NCBI RefSeq assembly: GCF_006345805.1
Contig: NC_043007.1
Span: forward strand, 620,001 to 684,000
Direction: 5' to 3'
Origin: Octopus sinensis
Taxonomy: Eukaryota
Length of the DNA: 64,000 nucleotides
Shown: positions 50,963 to 63,800 of the stretch, in pieces
Numbering within the stretch: the first letter of the stretch is position 1
Layout of the letters: every line of letters starts with the position of its first letter
Notes under the pieces: model-generated
Seen by the model: only the letters and a program-made list of their open reading frames with translations
What the model was told of the DNA's origin: nothing
Database searches by the model: none
Position numbers and translations under genes: made by a program

Positions 50963-52428
50963 CAGACAGACAGACAGACAGACAGAGACAAAGCGAGAGA
51001 GAGATAGAGATAGAGAGAATGTATGTGTATGTATTTAAGAACGAAAGAAAAGAGATAATGAGATAGGGTGTGCTTGTTTTTTTACATGAATATCTTCCAA
51101 CGGAAAAGGTGCAGAATTACTTGTCTCCTGTGTCTTGGATTCAGATTTCAGAAAAAAGCCATTTCCTCCTTAGACAGGACATTTACACATTTCTTACTTG
51201 GGTTCAGTTTACTTTGGCTCCTCATTCCAGTAAGGTCAGATGTGTTTGGCGAAGATCTTATTTTTGAAGAAGATTTTTTCTTCCCTGCTTCTACTCATCT
51301 CCGTTTATGAGTGAAAGATAGATAAAGAGAGAGAGAGAGAGAAAAGAGATAGCGGCGCGTATGTGTACGAATGTATATATAAGAATATGTATTCGTTAGA
51401 ATCTTTTGTTGTTTTTTGGGGGGGGTTTTTCAGCCTATTTACAACACAGATATATTAGACATACATTTCTACGATATCACACAACGTTATGATCGGGTAT
51501 GAAAGAAAAACTTTTAAAAACAGCACATAACACATATGCACTCAACGCATCGCACACACATACACATCACACACATACACACACACATATACATATGTAT
51601 GCATTATATATAAAACGCATATGCATTATATATATATATAGTTAGAAAGTTCCTCAATATATATATTTATAAACAGTCTCATAAAATTAAAAGGTCACTA
51701 AAAGAAAATGGAGAAGAAAAATATAAAAGATGCTTGCTTCATTTTCTTTCATTGACATTCTAATATATATAGATATAGATATTTTTTTATCTAGTTTCAG
51801 CTCACGAACTGTGGCCATGCTGGAGCACACCGATATATATAAATATAATAAGCGAGAAAGAAGAACAAGAATGGATAGGTTTTTAGTACAATCGTTTCAT
51901 ACAAGCCAGCTTTATTAAAAGTTGTAAAAATTACAGCATATAAACGTGTCCCGTACTCATCAGCTAAAATACATGTGAGTTCTCTAGACATCCTAGTGGT
52001 TGAGGCTATACTCCTGAAGTCATGTAGATAATAAGTAACATAGCAGTATAAATATATATATATATATATTATATATATACACACAAATAAATATAAGGAT
52101 GGTGTTATTAAAATACCATCACGAATGGCAAGCGAATTATCAACCGTGCAGGCAAATAAATAAAATATATACATACAATATTAGTTATGTACATATATTC
52201 ACAAGGGTACTACATGAGGACCTATATCGCTAATGATAGAAGTAAAACAATAATTCTTTACCACCGAATGGTCACAAACCGTTATTATTGTTCACTGATA
52301 TTTTTTCCTTTCTTGTCTGTAATAGATTTGTGACTATTCGGTGGTACAGAAGTATTTTTGACTTCTATTATAGCGATATAGGTGCTCATATAGTGTCCTT
52401 GTGTATATATGAACATATTTAATATCTA

Positions 52429-52465
<37 letters not shown>

Positions 52466-52467
52466 GA

Positions 52468-52655
52468 TGTATGTGTTTGTGTGTCTGTGTTTGTCCCCCC
52501 TCCATCGCTTGACAACCGATGCTGGTGTGTTTACGTCCCCGTAACTTAGCGGTTCGGTAAAAGAGAACGATAGTATAAGTACTAGGCTTACAAAGAATGT
52601 CCTGAGTTGCTCGACTAAACGCGGTGCTCCAGCATGGCTGCAGCCAACTGGCTTT
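52468..52655 (+). mobile_element. SINE family A, 3' half
   Basis: TGTCCCCCCTCCATCGCTTGACAACCGATGCTGG...GCGGTGCTCCAGCATGGC. Confidence 0.9.
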
Positions 52656-52767
52656 AATAAATAAAAGAATAATAGAATACAAATGCAAAGCTATATACAT
52701 TGTGTGTATATATGTAAATGAATGAGAATATATATGTGCGTGTGCGCGCATTTGTGTGTACGTGTGC

Positions 52768-52800
<33 letters not shown>

Positions 52801-52842
52801 CGTGTATAACCTCAAGCTATGTTCAAAAGTGAACTTATAATC

Positions 52843-53189
52843 GAGGTCCAACCAATGGAACAGCCTCCTCGTGAAATTAACATATAAGTGGCTGAACATT
52901 CCACAGACTCGTGCACCCTTAACGTGGTTCTCGGGGGGATTCAGCAAGACACAGAGTGTGACAAGCCTGGCCCCTTTGAAATACAGGTACAACAGAAACA
53001 GGAAGAAAGAGTGAGAGAAAGTTGTGGTGAAAGAATACAGCCGGGTTCGCCACCACCCCGCACCGGAGCCTCGCGGAGATTTAAACGTTTTCGCTCAATA
53101 AACACTCACAACGCCCAGTCTGGGAATCGAATCCATGATTCCATGACCGCGAGTCCGCTACCCTAACCATTGGGCCATTGTGCCTCCAC
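52843..53189 (-). mobile_element. SINE family B, near full length
   Basis: Collinear with 27034-27395. Confidence 0.92.
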
Positions 53190-53544
53190 CCTATAATATA
53201 GATGTACCGTTAAACATATCAAATCTCGCTTGGCAAATAAAATTTTAAAAAGGTTAGATCGTTGTGGTTTTTGTTGTTTGTGGTGGTGTTGCTCCTCCTG
53301 TTGTTGTTGTTGTTGGTGTTGTTGTTGTAGCTTCCATTTTTATCTTTATATTTTCATTGCCAACATCTAATAACCATTTCGCTATTTGAGCGACTCATCT
53401 AGAATTACCCGGCGTCGGTTACTCTTATTGCTGAAATACAGAAAGAAAAGAAGAAGGAGTAAAAATTTAAGGAAAAGAAATAAGTGTAATAATAATAATA
53501 TGTATCTCAGAAAAGTTGTTCGAAATGTTAGTAGAATAATAATA

Positions 53545-53596
<52 letters not shown>

Positions 53597-53597
<1 letters not shown>

Positions 53598-53728
53598 TGA
53601 TTTTTTTAATGCATATTTTACCTGTGAAACTGCGTGTGTAATCTAGGAATGCATACAATGAGCTTCTCTGCCCTAGGTGTACGGAAAACACCCGGCGAGA
53701 AATGGACGAAAATTTGATGAAAGAATAA

Positions 53729-53801
<73 letters not shown>

Positions 53802-53933
53802 TGATTTTTTTAATGCATATTTTACCTGTGAAATTGCGTGTGTAATCTAGGAATGCATACAATGAGCTTCACTGCCCTAGGTGTACGGAAAACACCCGGC
53901 GAGAAATGGACGAAAATTTTATGAAAGAATAAA
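53597..53933 (+). repeat. Two copies of a ~133-bp unique unit, each embedded in (TAA)n
   Basis: Units 53597-53729 and 53801-53933 are nearly identical, separated and flanked by TAA arrays. Confidence 0.93.
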
Positions 53934-53980
53934 ATAAAAATAATAATAATAATAATAAAATAATAATAATAATAATAATA

Positions 53981-54022
<42 letters not shown>

Positions 54023-54801
54023 TGATCTGTTTTACTAAAGGCACCAGGCCTAAAATTTGTGGGGAGGGGATAATGATAATAGTTCTCTGTAGTATGGGCA
54101 AAAGTTTTGAAATTTGTGTTCAATGAAGGCACCACACAAATACACAAACCTGAATTCCCTCATAATAAATATGTAAATGTTGTGTGTTCAAATCCTGTCT
54201 AGAAAACATGCTCCTCACGTTTTTTTCCTGGAACAATAAAGGGCCATCCCGGATCGGCGGATTTCCGGATCGTTAAACCGTGTGACTATTTACTTTGCTG
54301 TATCAGTTTCGCTTCTGTGAATCCCTAATTCAAATCCTCACCGAAATAAAACACGGGTTTTAGCCTTATAAACTGTTTTAATAAGCACCCAAGTTTTTCA
54401 ACTGGACACCATAAATGGCAGTTTACCAGCTGGCATCGGGAATACTTAGGGGCTTCCAATTTCTATAAACTAAGCGAAACGAGCGATACATGTATGAGAG
54501 AGAAGAAGAGAGCAAATGTATAGGAATGAGTGCGTATATGTGTGCGTGTCGATGACTGAATTATATATGCGTTTTATTGTTCATCCTTTCGTGCATTTCG
54601 TTGCATAATTGATTTCTATGTACACATTTGAATACAAACATTTGCATACGCCATTATAGATTTTCCAGATAAAGGAATATATACATATATATTGGCCAGT
54701 GTGTACGGGCGAGTGCGTAGTCGTGCAGTCTTCTTTTGAAATGTGTTTAGCACTTATCTACGTACTTAACATGCATATGTTACACAATCACACACATGCA
54801 T

Positions 54802-54838
<37 letters not shown>

Positions 54839-55198
54839 CACATACACGTATGTACATATGTGTGCGTATGCATTTATGTATATATACATACATACATAAG
54901 CGCACTCCCACACAGACTTATATATATATATATATGCACATAAGCATACATCCTTGTATTCAAATCTATATATATATATATACAGAGAGAGAGAGAGGGT
55001 GAGAGAGAGAAATAATATGCTATCATATGCGTATACATATATACGCATGCATATACGTATGTCAATGTATTTACAGATTGATACACATAAACATGGAAGC
55101 TATAAATGCATGGACACGTATATGTTTGTTTGTACGAATATATATGTGTATGTATACGTATGTGTGTATACGTAATAATATATATATATATATATAAT

Positions 55199-55231
<33 letters not shown>

Positions 55232-55834
55232 GTGTGGTGTGTGTGTGTGTGGTGTGTGTGTACATATATCTATACATATGAATATATTTATGCATACGTT
55301 CATACACACATACGTTCGTCTATGAATACATGCATACATATATATACGCATTCAAATACACACACTCACACAACACACACATACAAACACACAAACACAT
55401 ACACACACCCACCCACGCACCTACACACATACACACAACACACACACACGTCATACACAGATTCGGTGCACAGTCATCGATCGATCCTGCAGATGTGTTC
55501 AACACGTAAGTGTAGCTTACTTTAACAGAATATTCAAGAAAAAAGTATGTTTCGATTCATATTTAAACTAATACTGGAACGGATAATACGATTGTCCTCG
55601 GTGACTTTTATCCTGACGTGTCGACTGCTTCTTGTGTCTCTTTTGAAGAATCCTTGAAATAAACAGCAATCATTCTTCGATTTCCGTCTCTTTAGGATTT
55701 CTTGTTATTCTAGTAATGTCTTACAAGGAATATCTTTCATCTTATCACAGTTATGTGACATTTGATCTCAGCACATAACTGGTACTATATTTTGTATATG
55801 TCCTTGCTTTTTAATCATCTTCTTATGAATATAT

Positions 55835-56170
55835 GTGAAGGCGCAAGGCTCAATGGTTAGAGTGTCGTGCTTACGATCGTGAAGTTGTGAGCTCGAATGA
55901 TGGCGCGGGCTGCGTGTTGTGTTCTTGAGCAAGACACGTTATTTCACGTTGCTCCAGTTCACTCAGCTGTAGAAATGAATTGCGACGTCACAGGTGCCAA
56001 GCTGTATCGGCCCCTTTGCCTTTCCCTTGGATAACATCAGTGGTGTGGATAGAGGAGGCCGGTATGCATGGGCGACTGCTGGTCTTCCATAAACAACCTT
56101 GCCCAGAAATGTGCTGGGAGGGTAACTTTCTAGGTGCAATCCCATGGTCTGTATCGTGACCGAAGGGGGT
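55835..56170 (+). mobile_element. tRNA-derived SINE family C, full length
   Basis: Head GGCGCAAGGCTCAATGGTTAGAGTG..., block TTCTTGAGCAAGACAC.TTATTTCACGTTGCTCCAG and a distinct tail ending GTGACCGAAGGGGGT. Confidence 0.85.
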
Positions 56171-57556
56171 TTCAGATATGGAATATAATAAGAAATTTTT
56201 CGTTGCGAGTTTTCGAAGTCAGAAACAACAGACAGAAGAAAATACTAGTGTTGTCTTGCCCTTTAACAGGACACGCCTAACAATACTGTTCCACCATTTG
56301 TGACGGTCCCATCTAGTAATCAATCATATGTTCATCCGTCAGAGTGACGAGGCCCATCTGTCATTCTTTAATCATGACTGATGTTTCATCCGGTGACTTT
56401 CTTTAAAGTGAAAAGAGTTGCATGCCGTCAACCTCGCTCTCTCGTCTGTGACCTTCGGTCCAGTGACCTTCTTCGATCCCTGTCAAGACCACAGGGTAAG
56501 GAGAATGATGCAGGGGATTATCAAGACGTCTTACTTGTTTCATCTTACGCTTTGCACTCCACAATGAGTTGTTGCAGCCGCTCTCCCCTTCGTTGGAAGG
56601 CTTCTTCCGCAAAGTCCGCCAAATCCACTCTTCACATGCGTAAGTAGATAAGTCCCAATATGCTAATACATCTTGGATCTTACAGGTGTTACTACTCCGA
56701 GTCAGAGTAAACCTGGGGAAAATAGAGATTAAGAAGTGATTTCGCATCCTCAAAATCCTGAAACTCCAGAACCGCCCCCTTCCGCCGCCGCCACTACCGA
56801 GTGAGGTTTAGTCATATCCCGGGCCAAGTCATATACTTTCCAGAACAATTGTTCATTGTATCCATCCATTGGCCAAGACAGTAGAGTGTGATTTCAGGGA
56901 GTTTTTGGTATGGTATGTTTTGTAACCACTAACAAGTGTTCTTCATCTTTTTTTCCCTTTTTCCACTAAGGAAGGATATATTAAACACTTAAATCTACGT
57001 TAAACTAAATCCGAAAAGACGTGTTGGTCATGGCTTTAAACCCTTTCAGTATACGTCTTTTTAACCGGATGGGGAAAAGAACAACCATGGCGTCTTCGAT
57101 AAATTTAAATACGAACTTTAAGCTTGTACCGTTATGTCACATTCAATTCGCCATTTCTTTTTACAACTATTGTATTAGCTATGCTTGACTCGACACACAG
57201 ACTTTGATATGAAAATAAAAGTTATATAAATGGAGAGGTTAGTTATATTTTTCTTGTCTCATGGCAATAACAAGAACAAAAAAAAAATTATCCACAGGGA
57301 ATTTACTGCAATCGCTATAAAATATGTGCAACTAATATATATGTGTGTGGTTAGATATGTTGGTTTGAATTCAAAGTTGTGGTTCGTGCGTGTGGATACG
57401 TGTCTGCGAGCGTATGCTGGTTTATCAATAGAGGGTGGGGCAGATAGAGAAATAGAAAGAGAGAGAGAGATAGGTAGATAGAGAGAGAGAGAAAGAAAGA
57501 TACATAGATAGAGATAAAGAAGATGGATAGAGAGAAGAAAGAAAAAAGAAAGAAAA

Positions 57557-57597
<41 letters not shown>

Positions 57598-57612
57598 ATA
57601 GATAGATAATAG

Positions 57613-57656
<44 letters not shown>

Positions 57657-58688
57657 CAGAGAAATTGATATAGATAGAGAGATAAATAGATATAGATAGA
57701 CAGATATATAGACAAACAGACAGACAGACAGATACAGACTGATAAATAGTAATAAAATATGTATGTAAGTCTCTCTGTGTATGTATATAGAAGTAGGTAA
57801 GTGCATAGATAGAAAGTTTATTATGTATAAGCAAACACACACACATATATATGTATATGTATGTGCATATATATATATACATATATATACATAAAACTTA
57901 TATGAGTGCGCATATACAAGTGTAGAGGTATACATAATACACACGCACAGAAATGTACGTACTTACAACATACACACATATACATACATACACACATACA
58001 TACATACATACATACACACATACATACATACATACATACATACATACATACATACATACATACGCATACATATATACATACGTATATACAGACAGACAGA
58101 CAGGCAAACAGGTTATTATATCTGGTATATAGTTACTATGTACGTAGGTTACTATATATGGAACTAAATTTGAAACAACACAATTATGATTCCTGTCTTA
58201 ATACCGATATCAAACCAACGCAGTGTATGAAATTTTAATGCTTCGGTTAACAGTTGCGTCAGTTAAGCTTCATGTGTGCTGTCTGCCTGTAGTGTTGAAA
58301 TCACAGCGTAAATATGGCGGAAACAATTGGCCAGCAGAGGGAAATGGCTGACTTAGTATATCATCATTTAAGAAGGAAAACATTTCGTGTTATTTTCTGG
58401 AGATTATAACATTATGGATTATCTTATAAGAATATAAACAGGAAACTGTTTAGCTCCAAGATAGATAAATAAGCAACATTTTGTAATGCAAAGCCAAAAA
58501 CGTACGCTGATTCGTTCACAGTTTTTGTTTGGTAAGGTTTTTGATATGCAATCGTATATTCAAACAGATATTATTGTACTTCGGGCTGAGGTCATGTTGT
58601 CTCTGAGAAAAACACACGCACTTCTTATTGGACGCTATTGTTTTATTCTTAATATACCCTTTAAGCTTTTAATTAAGCAAAAGTCAAA

Positions 58689-58828
58689 GGCGGCGAACTG
58701 GCAGAATCGTTAGCACGCCGGACGAAATGCTTAGTGGTATTTCGTCTTTTGAACTCAGAACGTAGCGGGAGACGAAATACAGCTATGCATTTCGCCCGGC
58801 GTGCTAACGCTTCTGCCAGCTCACCGCT
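58689..58828. mobile_element. Two family-D SINE heads fused in inverted orientation (fold-back hairpin)
   Basis: Arms 58689-58747 and 58770-58828 pair with 8 differences in 59 nt; 22-nt loop. Confidence 0.92.
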
Positions 58829-59050
58829 CTCCGTTATTATAATAATGCCCAGAAAATCAGTAAAAATCTCGTAGAAATATCTATATGATTTCTCGAGTAT
58901 TGGGATTCTTTGGTTTACTATATGTACTCTACTCTATATGTACTCTATACTATATGTACTCTATACTATTTACGTATACATATATGTATGTTTACATATA
59001 ATGTGTTTGTACGTATACTCAAACACACTCATGTACATGCATGTATGAAT

Positions 59051-59210
59051 GGAATGGCTGTGTGGTAAGAAGCTTGCTTCCCAACCACATGATCATGGGT
59101 TCAGTCCCCCTGCATGACATCTTCGGCAAGTGTCTTCTACTATAATCCCGGGCTTACTCAAAGCTTTGTGAGTGGATTTGGTAGAAGGAAACTGAAAGAA
59201 ACCTTTCGTA
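59051..59210 (+). mobile_element. SINE family A, 5' half
   Basis: TGGCTGTGTGGTAAGAAGCTTGCTTCCCAACCAC...GGAAACTGAAAGAA. Confidence 0.88.
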
Positions 59211-59384
59211 TATATATATATTTCACACCTACACATACATACACGCACACGTACAGACCACCAGCTCTCTTTCACACACACATACATACTCTCTTATACA
59301 CACACGCACCTTCGTGTTGGGGGTCATCTTTACTTTGTTATCTCCCCTACTTCTAACCTCTTGTGTGTGGCCCTTCTGTCTGGC

Positions 59385-59572
59385 AGTCGCCATGATAGAT
59401 CGTTAGCCACTACACACATTTTTTCTCTCCTTGTTTTTTCTGTGTCCCTTTCTGTAGAAGAGCGTAGGCTCGAAACGTAAAAGACTTTTTCTATTCCTGA
59501 GCGTTATACTAATACATCTGTTTGTTTTGTACATCACCTGTCTTCGTCTTTTGTTTTCATAAGCTCTCCCTA
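59385..59572 (+). mobile_element. Family E1 hammerhead-bearing repeat, best-preserved copy
   Basis: CTTT-CTGTAGA-A-GAGC-GTAG-GCTC-GAAA-CGTA-AAAG at 59448-59483; ends in (TA)n. Confidence 0.75.
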
Positions 59573-60603
59573 TATATATATAATATATATACGACGTAAC
59601 GCAATAAATAGACAGACCGACAAACAGACAGGTAGATAGATAGATAGACAAACGGATAGACAGACAGACAGACAGACAGATAAATTGATACATACATACA
59701 TACATACATACATACATACATACGTATGTATATAACATTGTAAACAGAATTTATATTTAAAGATTATGAACCCGTACTGTGGATAAAAGAGATTTGTAAA
59801 AATCGTGTAATTGTTATTGATGTGCAGAAAAGCTAAAGCAAGTCTCCTGACTCAAAGTTTCACGTCAAGCTCATCACTTCTCAGAGAAAACGTGCTTGGC
59901 TTTTTCTCCAAACAACAATGTCGATCGGCTGTTATAAAAACCACTCCTAGAAACTGGTGGAAAACCTAATTTGCATATGTATGCTTTAGGTTGTTCGCCA
60001 GTGACTAAAATATTTATTTATGCATATCTCAGCATACATATCAGGGTAGCTGGCCCGTGCTATTGATTTAGAAAGAAGCCGTACCAGTTTCGGTGGGAGG
60101 AAATCAAAATATAATAAAAACAGTCCGTTGAGAGACCCTCTCTCCTTTTTTTCTTCACATCAATAACTTGGATAGAATTTGCTTACATTCTACTAATTTC
60201 ACTCAGCGCAATGCTTCGTAACGCTTCAATCTATTTCCGTTCTTCTCATTTACACCGTGTTATGCATAAATAGATTTTCTTTAATTAATGACCAGCTGCC
60301 TTAAGCACAAATATGCAAATTAGACTACCTATTGATGCGGAAGCCTTATATGCAATTACTTTATAAAGCAGCTGATCAACTGAATGGGGAAAAGAAATCT
60401 TATGTGTATTAATATGTTTGAATACGTGCAAACATATATAGTCTCAATGATAAAAATGTGCGAAACTGCAATGACTTTCCGGACACTAACTGAAGAGGGA
60501 ATCGACTGCGAATGATCCGTGTATCTTGTTTTTGTCGCGCTTATCGTCTGTTATGTTGTCGTCTGTTTTTTCTGCATGTTGTGTTCTTTCTCTCCCACCC
60601 TTG

Positions 60604-60635
<32 letters not shown>

Positions 60636-60682
60636 GACTTTTTTGCGTAATGAGATAAGATATATATATATGTATGTATGTA

Positions 60683-60741
<59 letters not shown>

Positions 60742-60820
60742 TGAATTTTTTGCGTAATGAGATAAGATATATATATGTATATATATATATATATAAGAAT
60801 TTTTTGCGTAATGAGATAAA
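60636..60820 (+). repeat. Three copies of a 25-bp motif separated by microsatellites
   Basis: GA(C/A)TTTTTTGCGTAATGAGATAA at 60636, 60743 and 60797. Confidence 0.92.
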
Positions 60821-60865
60821 AAAAAAACAAGGCTATATAGATATTAGAACATTTATAGATAAAAG

Positions 60866-60917
60866 GTCTTACAGCTGTTTCGAGGATATTTATTAATTAT
60901 AACCCTTCATCGGAGAC
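60866..60917 (-). ncRNA. Minimal type-I hammerhead motif, partly degenerate (family E3)
   Basis: Reverse complement reads GTCT-CCGATGA-AGGGTTAT...ATATCCTC-GAAA-C-AGCT-GTA-AGAC: 4-bp stem I, palindromic AGCT loop, GUA triplet; U4C change and weak stem II. Confidence 0.55.
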
Positions 60918-61022
60918 GGTGTGAGAGGATGGTTAAGTAATAATTAATTGAGATGGGATACGATAAACATAGTAACCTACAACACTCGCCAACCACATAC
61001 ATCATCTCAAAAATACAAATAC

Positions 61023-61071
<49 letters not shown>

Positions 61072-61140
61072 TATATGAATATAAACATATATATATATAT
61101 CTATATATATATATATATATATATATGGTATATGAATATA

Positions 61141-61183
<43 letters not shown>

Positions 61184-62389
61184 TGCATGCATATGTGTGT
61201 AAACCAATTTGTTTATAACGAAATTTGTGACGTGAAATTCCGTAGTGGATTGTTCGAAAACTGACGTATACTAAATATTTAACTATGCTACGATGTTCAC
61301 AAATGTAATCTATATTCTGGGATAAAATTTAATTACTAGAAATGGAATCTATGCCTCACGGACTCTCATTTATTAATCGATGCTTTGGTCTACGTTTATT
61401 TCTTATTTCACCATTTTACATTCGTACATTATAAGATGTAATTTCCGAATTCTTAAGAAACAACATATTTTCGGATTAGTTGTCTCTTAGACTTATATTC
61501 TTGTATAAAGTTAATGAAACAATTTTGGATAAAAAGCCAAACCAATATTTATTCCTGTTATCCAATTTAAAATTTATTCAGCCAAACAATGATTTGGTAA
61601 AATGGAAAACAATGGAAATTGAAAATGAAAATATAATTCTTTAGTTTTTGTAATCTATTTAATTTTTTCCCGTAAACTATATGTTGCTGTTGCTCATGAT
61701 GATGATGATAATGGTGATGATGATGACGCCGATAATATCAGTGGTAATGGTGGTGATGGTGGTGGTGGTGGTGGTGCTGTTGCTGCTGCTTGTGATGGTG
61801 GTGACGTCAGTGGTAGCAGCTACTAGTCAATCCTGATCGAAAGCGTTCCACTCATGACCTTCACGCTTCCTTATAGATCAATAAATACATTATTTTCTAC
61901 TCGATTTGCATCAATAAATACATTGTCCAATGTATCCTTATTGTTATATGTAGCAGTTTAATCCAAGGTTAACCCCTCCTGAACAGACTTATGATCAAAA
62001 ACGTTCCAGCCGCGATTATCACAGACTAATTGAATATCTCTAATTTCCATTTGAATGTTTCTGATTTCCACACAACTTACTGAAGCTCACAGTGGAATTG
62101 AACTCAGGGCTTAGTGGTTGCGAAGTGAACTTCTTAATCATTCGGCCACACAGTGTGAAGTTAGTATGTGGGAGGTAAATGAAAAGTAGCAGGAATTATT
62201 AAATCTGTTCTTGCAGAAGATATATATATATAAACCGAGGGCGGACATTTAACATTGTATCGTAGGCGACCATTGTTTTGCATTAAACATCTGCTTTGTA
62301 TTGTAGTGTTGACTTCTACAGACAATACTTCGTTGCTGGAATACTGCAAAGTGCAAGAGTTATAGCTGGCAGGTTTTCAGTAGGAGATA

Positions 62390-62954
62390 TATTGGGTTGT
62401 GCGGAAAGTTCGTGCCGATTTATAGTAACTTGCCTTTCGACTTATTTTAAAACATGGTTGAGACCAAAAAACAGGATTTGAGTACACCTCCATTTAGAGC
62501 ACAGTTTAAGCTATCTTTTCGTGGAAGAAGGTTTATGTTCCTATAACCTGTGTTAATTTTGTAACCCTTTGAAATGGAAGATAAGAAAGCTCATTTTCGG
62601 CACTTGATGCTTTGGGAACCAAATTGCTGCAGCTCGGCTGGGATGTGTTACCCCACCCTCCATATTCACCAGATATTGCTCCTTCGGATTTCCACTTATT
62701 CAGGTCTCTGCAGAATAGTCTTAATGGTAAACATTTCAATTCCTAAGATAACGTGAAAAGATACCTTGATGAATTCTTTGCCATGAAACCCCCTCAATTC
62801 TGGGAAGAGGGTATTTTCAAGTTAAAGGAAAGATGGAGACCCATTGTGCAACAAAATGGTTCATGTTTGGTTGATTAAAAATGTAATGGCAAGTATTTAT
62901 TGACTTTTTTTCTTTCCTTTAAAACTCGGCACGAACTTTCCGGACAACCCAATA
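62390..62954 (+). mobile_element. Internally deleted mariner (mellifera-like) with both TIRs and TA TSD
   Basis: 27-bp TIRs TTGGGTTGT(G/C)CGGAAAGTTCGTGCCGA at 62392-62418 and 62926-62952 (1 mismatch). MEDKKAHFRHLMLWE is fused to LGWDVLPHPPYSPDIAPSDFHLFRSLQN...WEEGIFKLKERW. Confidence 0.95.
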
Positions 62955-63639
62955 GAATAAAGCCTGTGTTGTAAACATTACTTTAGTCTTTATATTTCAC
63001 TTCTGCGACACATTTAGTTGGATACATAATTTATCAGCTTACATTAAATACTGTAGAAATAAGAAACATTCAAATGTTCTGTGAAACCCAGGAATATTCT
63101 GGAAATAACGAGAAACGTTCAAATAGACCGTGTGATTCAGTAAACAGTGTAGAAATTTGAAACGTTCAAATAGTCTGCCTTCTTGGATAAATGTCATTAT
63201 CAAAACCCTCGGGTTGAGTGAAATTAGAACAACAGAAACTACATACAATCTTGTCATACAAATTAAGAGGAATGACCACCGAAGTGGATTCCTAATATAC
63301 TAAAGATAGACGTCAAATTGCCTTACCACGAAGTGTGTGTTCTCAAGAAAAATTTCTGCAAACGCCAGAATGTAAAAATGAGCAAGAAAAATAAAGATAT
63401 ATGAAATAAAAAATTATTACCTACGTACCAATGGTTTCGTTTGTTAATATTTACGAATGTAAATATCTGCAAACTCATCAGCATAGTCTGTCACTTACAA
63501 AACACAATTTCCAGAACTAGACAAAGAACGCTCACCCGAAAGAGATCGTGTATAAAGTTCTGCAAATTATATTTGGGGATATCTTTCAATTATATTTGGT
63601 GGTGTCTTTACAATCTCGTCATGTAGGTTATTTCTGTAA

Positions 63640-63800
63640 TTTAAAAGGTTCTGTCTTGTCATACACTGTGTCACGCTAATTTTGCTTGCGAATTGCATTA
63701 AAGGTACACGTGTCTAAAGAATGACCAGCCACTTACATGTTAATTCAAGAGCAGGCATTTCAGTTGATTGAACAACCGAATCCCGGTTCATCGAACGATA
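63640..63800 (+). mobile_element. Degenerate SINE family-B tail
   Basis: CTTGTCATACACTGTGTCACGCT...AAAGGTACACGTGTCT...AGCCACTTACATGTTAATT. Confidence 0.7.

Noticed and set aside
57259-57944. ~200-aa ORFs (similarly 21410-22027, 26194-26826, 12444-13018)
   Set aside because: Translations of TA, CA, TATC and GAAA repeats ([12 protein letters not shown]).
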